A stretch of 11,079 nt of DNA from Octopus sinensis (taxonomy: Eukaryota), in the NCBI RefSeq assembly GCF_006345805.1, contig NW_021827000.1, positions 1 to 11,079 of the forward strand, read 5' to 3'. The position numbers and the translations under genes were made by a program. Of this stretch, positions 1-6,817 are shown in pieces. Below the pieces are notes generated by a model. That model worked only from the letters and a program-made list of their open reading frames with translations. It ran no database searches and was not told the origin of the DNA. Numbering within the stretch: position 1 is the stretch's first letter; every line of letters begins with the position of its first letter.

Positions 1-649
1 TAATTTATGGCATGCATATTGGTGCAGGCAGGTAAAATAATTTATCATATACTGAAATTATTATTACATGATGAAGGATGCGAAATTGTACTGTGTAATT
101 TATGGCATGCATATTGGTGCAGGCAGGTAAAATAATTTATCATATACTGAAATTATTATTACATAATGAAGGATGCGAAATTGTACTGTGTAATTTATGG
201 CATGCATATTGGTGCAGGCAGGTAAAATAATTTATTCATATACTGAAATTATTATTACATAATGAAGATGCGAAATTGTACTGTGTAATTTATGGCATGC
301 ATATTGGTGCAGCAGGTAAAATAATTTATCATATACTGAAATTATTATTACATAATGAAGATCGAAATTGTACTGTGTAATTTATGGCATGCTATTGGTG
401 CAGGCAGGTAAACATAATTTATCATATACTGAAATTAGTATTACAATGATGAAGGATGCGAAATGTACGGTGTAATTTATGCATGCATATTGGTGCAGGC
501 AGGTAAAAATTTATCATATACTGAAATTATTATTACATAATTAAGGATGCGAAATTGTACTGTGTAATTTATGGCATGCATATTGGTGCAGGCAGGTAAA
601 ATAATTTATCATATACTGAAATTATTATTACATGATGAAGGATGCGAAA
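1..649. repeat. 95-bp tandem repeat (about 6.9 copies, runs off the left edge)
   Basis: The unit start TAATTTATG(G)CATGC recurs at 1, 96, 191, 286, 378, 473 and 565. Copies are near-identical apart from single-base indels. Confidence 0.97.
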
Positions 650-688
650 CGGCTGTAAACCTAAAGATATAAAGCGGTTAAATAAATA

Positions 689-907
689 CGAAGAGGTGCT
701 AAAAATTTACTGGCTTTAAGGGTATTGCAAAAGGCCTGGCTTGAGGTCCAATCTTCCGTGTTCTTTTACAAGGCTTAGAAAAGGTGAAGGATTACTGCAG
801 TAAGTGTGTGAATATGAGACGGGTATATGTTGAATAAAATCATAATTAACTGATCCTCCTCTATTTTCTTGTACTCAAACCCACTCAAACTCTTCAGTAT
901 TCCTTCG
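689..907 (+). mobile_element. Decayed mariner/Tc1-type MITE (copy 1)
   Basis: TA|CGAAGAGGTGCTAAAAATTTACTGGCTTT at the left end and degenerate AAACTCTTCAGTATTCCTTCG at the right end. The interior is colinear with 2635-2854 and has the same length (~220 bp). Confidence 0.8.
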
Positions 908-1104
908 TTGTGACTGCGTGTGTACCGCTGGCGAATTTTTTCCTCCGTCTTCCCTTCTTTGGATCTTTCCTTTTCCTATGTTTCTGACGAAGAGCTCCGC
1001 TCGAAATGTTAAACCCTCCTTCTTTCCTTCTTTCCTGAGCGTCCAATAACATTATACTTGTTCCACGTCCTCGCGTTGTTGTGTTTTCATGTTTGGATTA
1101 ACTT
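908..1104 (+). mobile_element. Short non-coding repeat carrying a hammerhead motif and ending in (TA)n (probable Penelope-like/non-autonomous derivative)
   Basis: Contains the HHR at 980-1014. The downstream CCTGAGCGT..AATAACATT resembles the corresponding part of the minus-strand element at 2373-2599. It ends at (TA)n 1105-1128. The family assignment is inference. Confidence 0.55.
980..1014 (+). ncRNA. Minimal type-I hammerhead ribozyme motif (HHR-B1)
   Basis: Stem I GUUU(980-983)/AAAC(1011-1014); core CUGACGA 984-990 plus an extra A; stem II GAGC-UCC-GCUC; GAAA 1003-1006; quasi-palindromic stem III A-U-G-U (likely ACGU before CpG decay); GUU cleavage triplet 1008-1010. Confidence 0.75.
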
Positions 1105-1224
1105 TATATATATATATATATATATATACACGACAAGAAATAATATTTTTCTCTTTTTATGGAAACAGAAGGGTTTATAGGACTGCAAAAAAAGTGCTCA
1201 AGCGTAAATTAGACAAAAATAAAG

Positions 1225-1443
1225 AAACATTGGTTGGTCATAGAAGAAACATCAAACTCGAGTCATACCTCAAATGTTTGATCATATATAAATATTACCA
1301 TGGTAATTAAACATATAAAAAATATACATATACATAAAAATACAGAGAGTAAAAATATATATCCGAATAAAATACAAATATAGAACGGCCTAAAAATTCA
1401 TAAAAATTCTAAAGCGGGTCAAGCTACCAAAAAAACTAATAAA
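1225..1443 (+). repeat. Left arm of a long inverted repeat (resumes at 1788-1810 after a LINE insertion)
   Basis: Reverse-complement match to 2039-2337. Shared blocks include GGTCATAGAA.AAACATCAAA.TCGAGTCA, GAATAAAATACAAATATAGAACGG and AAATTCATAAAAATTCTAAAGCG..TCAAGCTACCA. Confidence 0.9.
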
Positions 1444-1787
1444 TTGCATAGTGCCAAAGATCCCAGCAATGCCATCACGCTTCAGGAACAGTTACCGCAA
1501 CAGCTTGGGTTTCAAGGGCCCACAGCTTTTTAATATTCCCCCAAAGAGTCTGAGGAACTTGCACAAAGTAGATGTGGGGTTTTTTAAATCAAAGTTGGAC
1601 CTCTTCCTGTCGAGAGTCCCAGATGAGCCTAGCTCACGGCAAGAGGTGAAAATGAGGGTAGCTATATCAAACTCCATTCTTCATCAAGTGCCACATATTA
1701 GAGGAGGCTCCTAGTAATAACAGTGTAGCGTAAAACGGCGGTGCATCAGCATGGCCGCAACTCTGAGCTGAAACTTAAAAAAAAAAA
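1444..1787 (+). mobile_element. 5'-truncated CR1/L2-type non-LTR retrotransposon 3' end (ORF2 C-terminus, 3' UTR, A-tail)
   Basis: The frame 1445-1714 reads CIVPKIP..NSLGFKGPQLFNIPPKSLRNL..FFKSKLDLFLSRVPDEP..SNSILHQ. This matches the GPxLFNxLP..FKxxLDxFL..PDxP pattern at the end of CR1-group ORF2. It is followed by a short UTR and an A-run at 1777-1787. Confidence 0.85.
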
Positions 1788-1823
1788 TTAAGATAGAATA
1801 AAATATCAAAAGTGTTTCCTGTT

Positions 1824-1920
1824 TCCTGTTCATCCTGATGAGGGGGTCATTGCCGTGATGCATTTTAGTGTAATTGAACCGCGGTGGTGATCTCCCGAAA
1901 TGGCCATAGATGTATTTGGA
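1824..1920 (+). ncRNA. Type-I hammerhead ribozyme motif with a long stem II (HHR-A)
   Basis: Stem I CAUC(1831-34)/GAUG(1909-12), extendable to UCC(1824-26)/GGA(1918-20); CUGAUGA 1835-41; stem II 1842-1857/1880-1896; GAAA 1897-1900; palindromic stem III AUGGCCAU 1900-1907; AUA triplet with predicted cleavage after 1908. Confidence 0.85.
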
Positions 1921-2038
1921 TTGACCTTGTAGTCTGTTTGCTCATAAACTCTAACCTAGCATAGTTTTAAAAATTGAACTTTGGACGTAATTTTTGTGAG
2001 GGAAGTAAAAAAAAAATTTTTTTAAATATCTTTAGCCG

Positions 2039-2333
2039 TTTGATATTTTATTTTATCTTAGTTTATTAGTTTTATGGTAGCTTGATTCGCTTTAGAATTT
2101 TTATGAATTTCTAATCGTTTATATTTATCCTTTTGATAGTCCGTTCTATATTTGTATTTTATTCCCATATATATTTTTACACTCTGTGTTTTTATGTATA
2201 TGTATTATTTTTATATGCTTAAGAACCATGAAAATATTTTAATATTTAAATATTTATACATAATCAAATGTTTGAGGTATGGTGTTATATATGAAGTCGT
2301 TGACTCGAATTTGATGTTTGTTCTATGACCAAT

Positions 2334-2337
<4 letters not shown>
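2039..2337 (-). repeat. Right arm of the long inverted repeat
   Basis: Reverse complement of 1225-1443 plus 1788-1810. It carries two segments of about 20-25 nt that the left arm lacks, and is bounded by (TA)n at 2338-2372. Confidence 0.9.
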
Positions 2338-2372
<35 letters not shown>

Positions 2373-2375
<3 letters not shown>

Positions 2376-2596
2376 AAAGTTTACGAAAAAAAAGACTAAG
2401 ACTAAGGTGTACAAAAAAAAAACAATGTATTAGTATAACGCACAGGAATAGAAAAAGTCTTTTATGTTTCGAGTCTACGCTCTTCTACAGAAAGGTACAC
2501 AGAAAAAACAAGGAGAGAAAAAAATGTGTGTAGTGGCTAACGATCTATCATGGCGTCTGACTCGGACAGAATGGTCAGACGGGAGGAGGAAAGTAG

Positions 2597-2599
<3 letters not shown>
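2373..2599 (-). mobile_element. Short (TA)n-bounded repeat carrying a degenerate hammerhead motif, related to 908-1104
   Basis: Contains the HHR remnant at 2459-2494 and a 7-bp hairpin GTCTGAC/GTCAGAC near 2545-2570. (TA)n lies on both sides. Confidence 0.55.
2459..2494 (-). ncRNA. Degenerate minimal hammerhead motif (HHR-B2, probably inactive)
   Basis: The minus strand reads CUUU-CUGUAGA-A-GAGC-GUAG-ACUC-GAAA-C-AUA-AAAG. Stem I CUUU/AAAG is intact. It has A6>U in the core, one stem II mismatch, and a probable GUA>AUA change by CpG decay. Confidence 0.65.
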
Positions 2600-2634
<35 letters not shown>

Positions 2635-2635
<1 letters not shown>

Positions 2636-2854
2636 GAGGGGGTACTGAATATTTCCTGGCTTTAAGGGTATCGCGAAAGGCTTAGTTGGGAGCCCAACAT
2701 TTCGAATTCTTTTACAGGGCTTAATAATACTGAAACCCTGCTGTCAATAAGTGTGTGAGTCTGAGAGGGGGAATATGTTGCATAAAACCATAATTAACTG
2801 AACTCCTGTATTTTCTTTTACCCAAAGTCAGGAACTTTCCAGCACTCCACCTCG
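2635..2854 (+). mobile_element. Mariner/Tc1-type MITE (copy 2) with TIRs and TA target-site duplication
   Basis: Left end TA|CGAGGGGGTACTGAATATTTCCTGGCTTT; right end AAAGTCAGGAACTTTCCAGCACTCCACCTCG|TA. These are imperfect ~30-bp inverted termini. The element has no ORF and is inserted at a (TA)n tract. Confidence 0.88.
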
Positions 2855-2987
2855 TATATTCTCCTCTTGTACCACATGACTTTTTATGGTACACACACAT
2901 ACACACACACGCATGAATTCATGTGTGTCTTTCTCTCTCTCTATATATATACACACATATATATGCACGTATGTGTTTGTATATATA

Positions 2988-3396
2988 GGCGCAGGAGTGG
3001 CTGTGTGGTAAGTAGCTTGTTTACCAACCACATGGTTCCGGGTTCAGTCCCACTGCGTGGCATCTTGGGCAAGTGTCTTCTACTATAGCCTCGGGCCGAC
3101 CAAAGCCTTGTGAGTGGATTTGGTAGACGGAAACTGAAAAGAAGCCCATCGTATATATATATATATATATATATATATGCGTGTGTGTGTTTGTGTCTCT
3201 GTGTTTGTCCCTCTAGCATTGCTTGACAACCGATGCTGGTGTGTTTATGTCCCCGTTACTTAGCCGTTCGGCAAAAGAGACCGATAGAATAAGTACTGGG
3301 TCTTACAAAGATATTCCCGGGTCGAGTTGCTCGATTAAAGGCGGTGCTCCAGCATGGCCACAGTCAAAAGACTGAAACAAGAAAAAGAGTAAAGAG

Positions 3397-3397
<1 letters not shown>
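2988..3397 (+). mobile_element. tRNA-derived CORE-type SINE with an internal (TA)n/(GT)n microsatellite and a LINE-like tail
   Basis: A-box TGGCTGTGTGG 2998-3008; B-box GGTTCAGTCC 3041-3050; CORE-like CTTGGGCAAGTGTCTT ~3064-3079; microsatellite ~3152-3190; 3' tail GGCGGTGCTCCAGCATGGCC..CTGAAAC 3340-3378. A second copy lies at 10423-10778 on the minus strand. Confidence 0.88.
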
Positions 3398-3475
<78 letters not shown>

Positions 3476-3488
3476 CACACACACATAT
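3398..3488. repeat. (TA)n/(CA)n microsatellite
   Basis: Read directly from the sequence. Confidence 0.95.
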
Positions 3489-3498
3489 AATTGTCACG

Positions 3499-3936
3499 AA
3501 ATAAGACTAGGATGTTAAAAGCCACATACATTGCTAGAAATTAGAGCTAAAATGTTCTTTTGCTGTTGTCAAAGCACATAATTGTATTCATATATACAAA
3601 CAGGAACTGTAATCGCCCGAAAACACCGATCGAGAATTCCTTATACTAACCGGTCAGTTTCGGCAATTTCCGTTGCCTCATCAATAAGACTCCGGCAAAT
3701 TCCGGACTGAATTCTTTGTCAGTATCTGTTTTCGCCATAAAAATCTCTGGATGATTTAGGCAATCGCTAATGTGTATACAGAAAATTAATATAGACAGCA
3801 GTGTGCAATGTTTTACCAAAAAGGAAAACTATAATTCTCACTAAATATGACTAAGGTGCCAAAAACACCTCCAATGCTAGAAATATGAGCTAAAATGCTC
3901 TAAAGCTCAAGTAAAAGATCATAATTATATAAATAT
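3499..3936. repeat. Degenerate direct repeat (~95-bp blocks at 3499-3595 and 3843-3936, 344 bp apart) bracketing a hammerhead
   Basis: Both blocks share AAATA.GACTA.G.TG..AAAA..TGCTAGAAAT..GAGCTAAAATG.TCT..AAAG..CATAATT.TAT..ATATA. Confidence 0.75.
3639..3689 (-). ncRNA. Type-I hammerhead motif with a C3>U core variant (HHR-C)
   Basis: The minus strand reads UCUUA-UUGAUGA-GGCAA-CGGAAA-UUGCC-GAAA-CUGA-CCGG-UUAG-UA-UAAGG. It has stem I UCUUA/UAAGG, a 5-bp stem II, a 5-bp stem III with a CCGG loop, and a GUA triplet with predicted cleavage between 3644 and 3643. Confidence 0.8.
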
Positions 3937-3961
3937 AAACTGACAAACACTATAAATGCCA

Positions 3962-4002
3962 CCTCCCGCAAAATTTCAGGCCTTCTGCTTTAGTAGAAAG
4001 GA

Positions 4003-4005
<3 letters not shown>
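3962..4005 (+). mobile_element. Probable 3' end of a SINE followed by an (ATT)n tail
   Basis: CCTCCCGCAAAATTTCAGGCCTTCTGCTTTAGTAGAAAGGATT runs straight into (ATT)n and resembles the tail region of the SINE at 5908-6098 (CTCC..AAAA..AGCCTTGTG). The assignment rests partly on recall of this repeat type. Confidence 0.5.
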
Positions 4006-4062
<57 letters not shown>

Positions 4063-4063
4063 G
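4006..4063. repeat. (ATT)n microsatellite
   Basis: Read directly from the sequence. Confidence 0.97.
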
Positions 4064-4559
4064 ATTGAGTGAGAGAGCAGTGCATACCGTCAAAGTGACA
4101 CTGGATAAAATATACGAAGCCCAGTATACCCATCATGACTACCCGTCTGATAAGGGTACACCAGGCACATGCATCACAATCATGTGTACGCGACATGGTG
4201 ATCTCATATCAAGATAAACAGCACATGACCTTGCAGGTGGGGCCCTGTTAGAATTTTCTTCTGGTCGAGTAACCTATCCCGCTCAAAAGGTACCTGAATA
4301 AGGGCTGTTTAAGGATGTTGAACGAAACACCCACGTTTCCAGAGGTGAATTATTCAAACCCCAAAGAATCCCTCTCTACACTTGGCTATGATGCTCCCCC
4401 ACTAATTCTGCTCGTGATTAGAGATGCACATATCGTCAGCCTGAAAGGGACATGGTCAACTGGTAATGGTCAAACAACTGACAAGCAAATCTGTGGTATT
4501 GAGCAGAATATTTGCTGTAGCCCATCTTTTATACCAAGACAAAACAATGTTATGACAAC
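4064..4559 (-). mobile_element. Unclassified ~495-bp non-coding interspersed repeat bounded by (AAT)n; possibly a non-LTR element 3' UTR
   Basis: This is complex sequence between two (ATT)n tracts. On the minus strand it ends GCACTGCTCTCTCACTCAAT-(AAT)n, like a retroposon tail. It has no recognisable protein motif, and the orientation is inferred. Confidence 0.45.
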
Positions 4560-4655
<96 letters not shown>

Positions 4656-4680
4656 TATTATTATTATTATATTATTATTA
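4560..4680. repeat. Compound (ATT)n-(ATC)n-(ATT)n microsatellite
   Basis: Read directly from the sequence. Confidence 0.97.
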
Positions 4681-5122
4681 CTATATTTTGACTTTTACTT
4701 TGTATTTGTACAAGCTGGCTCCAAGTCTCACCCAGAGACCTCAAGAGATAAGTTAGACCTTCATGTTGGTGTTATGCCTAGGGTGGCATATATTTGGTTT
4801 TGTACATAGTGTTGTTCTAGAGAATGTTTAAGAAAATATAAAAAAACTGTTTGTTGTAAAATGTGGGATTATATTGACAGTACGTAGGAGGTGGGCAGTT
4901 CCCATGAGCACCATCTTCTGAATGTTTGCCACTTTGGGGTTTCCAGGTATCTGAGCTAGGTAGCAACCAGCCCCTTTTGCTATCATTCCAACACCAGCTA
5001 TGACAACAGGTATTGTTTTAGTCTTGGGGTACCACATTTTGCCAATATCTATTTCAAGATCCTTATACTTGCTCAGTTTTTGGTAGGTCTTGACAGATAC
5101 ATTTATGTCGATTGGGACAGTA
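4681..5122 (-). mobile_element. 5'-truncated R4/Dong-type (restriction-like endonuclease) non-LTR retrotransposon end, copy 1
   Basis: The minus frame from 5121 reads TVPIDINVSVKTYQKLSKYKDLEIDIGKMW..TIPVVIAGVGMIAKG..IQKMVLMGTAHLLR. This fits the RLE C-terminal pattern (PxDxN..KxxKYxDL..W..PVVIGALG..QKxxLxGTAxILR). An apparent 5-nt deletion after LR shifts the frame past the natural stop. The 3' UTR ends in (AAT)n. Confidence 0.88.
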
Positions 5123-5127
5123 TATTA

Positions 5128-5159
<32 letters not shown>

Positions 5160-5160
<1 letters not shown>

Positions 5161-5491
5161 TGTTTGAGTTTTGCTTTATATTTGTACAAGTTGGCTCCAA
5201 GTCTCACCCAGAGACCTCAAGAGACAACAGGTTGGAAGTTCATGTTGTTGTTATGCCTAGTGTGCCATATATTTGGTGGTGGTGGGGGGGGGGTTGGTGT
5301 TGTACTAATGAATGTCTAAAAAAAAAAATTTTTTTTCTTTTTTTCTTTCTTTTTAAACCGAAAATTATGTTTGTTTTAAACCTTGAGATTACAAAGAAAG
5401 TATTTTGCGTAGGATATGAGCAGTTCCCATGAGCACTATCTTTTGAATTTCTGCCATTTTGGGGTTTCCTGGTATCTGTGTTAGGTAGCTA
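5160..5491 (-). mobile_element. 5'-truncated R4/Dong-type non-LTR retrotransposon end, copy 2
   Basis: Minus 5490-5389 reads SYLTQIPGNPKMAEIQKIVLMGTAHILRKILSL-TAA. The 3' UTR shares TCTTGAGGTCTCTGGGTGAGACTTGGAGCCA.CTTGTACAAATA with copy 1. (AAT)n lies on both sides. Confidence 0.9.
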
Positions 5492-5523
5492 TCATTATTA
5501 TTATTATTATTATTATTATTTTA

Positions 5524-5564
<41 letters not shown>

Positions 5565-5582
5565 ATATTATTATTATCATCA

Positions 5583-5628
<46 letters not shown>

Positions 5629-5767
5629 GATCATCATTATTATTATTATTATTATTATGATTTTATTATTATTATCATCATCATTATTATTATTATTATT
5701 ATTATCATCATTATTATTATTATTATTATTATTATCATCATCATTATTATTATTATTATTATTATTA

Positions 5768-5811
<44 letters not shown>

Positions 5812-5842
5812 AATAATATTATTATTATTATTATTATGATTA

Positions 5843-5896
<54 letters not shown>
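5492..5896. repeat. Long (ATT)n microsatellite with ATC/ATG interruptions (~400 bp)
   Basis: Read directly from the sequence. Confidence 0.97.
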
Positions 5897-5907
5897 CTAC
5901 GTTTAAA

Positions 5908-6098
5908 GTGGCGAGCGGGCAGAATCGTTAGCGCGCCGTCTTTATGTTCTGAGTTCAAATACCGCTTAGGTCCATTTTGCATTTCATCCTTCGGGGATGG
6001 GTGGGGGGATAAAATACGCACCAGTTGTGTACTGGAACCCGTGTAATCGATTGACTCCTTCGCTCCAAAAACGCTAGCCTTGTGTTCTAATTTGAAAC
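5908..6098 (+). mobile_element. tRNA-derived SINE with a Nin/Deu-like central domain (decayed, short A-B spacing)
   Basis: A-box-like GGGCAGAATCG ~5917-5927; B-box GAGTTCAAATACC 5951-5963; TTTGCATTTCATCCTTCGGGG..GATAAAATA..ACCAG resembles the Nin/Deu domain (GCCTT.CATCCTT.CG.GGTCGATAAAAT.AGTACCAG). Confidence 0.75.
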
Positions 6099-6214
6099 CT
6101 GAGTATTACGTATCTGTTCTATTCTTTTAACGAGGTAACAGGGTATTTAAAGTTTTGGCCAACAGTTCTAGCAGCCTGGCCAACTAATTTGAGGCTTATT
6201 CATAAACCATAGTC

Positions 6215-6225
6215 AGTGTGTGTGT

Positions 6226-6261
<36 letters not shown>

Positions 6262-6817
6262 ATGTAAGTGTGAGTGAGTGAGTGTTTGTGTGTGAGTGTG
6301 AGTGAGTGAGTGTGAGTAAATGTTTGTGTGTGAGTGCGTGTGATTATGAGGTGTGTGTGAAAGAATGTGCGTGTGAGTGATTGTGTGTGTGAGTATGTGT
6401 GTGTGAGTGTATGTGTGTGTGAGTGTGTGTGAATGAGTGTGTACGTGTGTATGTTTGTGAGTGTGTGTGTGTGGTGTGTGTGTGTGAGTGAATGTGTGTG
6501 TGTGAGTATGTGTGATTATGAGGTGTGTGTGAATGAGTCTGTGCGTGTGTATGTTTGTGTGTGTGTGGTGTGTGTGTGAGTGTGGGAGTCTGTGCGTGAG
6601 TGATTGTGTGTGTGTGTGTGTGTGTGTAAGTCTCTGTGTGTGTGTGGTGTGAGTAAGTGAATGTGTATGAGTGATTCTGTGTGTGTGTAAGTATGTGTGA
6701 TTATGAGGTGTGTGTGAATGAGTCTGTGCGTGTGTATGTTTGTGTGTGTGTGGTGTGTGTGTGAGTGTGGGAGTCTGTGCGTGAGTGATTGTGTGTGTGT
6801 GTGTGTGTAAGTCTCTG
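6215..6817. repeat. (GT)n microsatellite grading into a degenerate GT/GA-rich repeat with 172/185-bp higher-order duplications
   Basis: The marker GATTATGAGGTG occurs at 6342, 6514 and 6699. Confidence 0.88.

Noticed and set aside
1089-1310. 73-aa ORF as a possible GIY-YIG endonuclease C-terminus
   Set aside because: No GIY-YIG motif is visible, the ORF starts in a microsatellite, and the homologous right arm has indels and a divergent translation.
2988-3060. tRNA gene
   Set aside because: It has A/B boxes but no convincing cloverleaf, and it continues into a SINE body. The same applies to 5908-5965.
2211-3497. ORFs rich in YIYI/CVCV/HTHT
   Set aside because: They are translations of (TA)n, (GT)n and (CA)n tracts and SINE sequence, with no protein signal.
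4395-4445. CTGACGA on the minus strand as a fifth hammerhead
   Set aside because: No stem II closes onto a GAAA, and there is no stem I or III complementarity.
4315-5839. Plus-strand ORFs with poly-Y/I/L runs (164, 79, 106 and 70 aa)
   Set aside because: They are (ATT)n read-throughs and the antisense of the RLE LINE fragments.
5275-6010. G-quadruplex candidates at 5275-5295 and 5994-6008
   Set aside because: These are short G-run expansions inside decayed TE copies, absent from the sister LINE copy, and homopolymer length is unreliable in this sequence.
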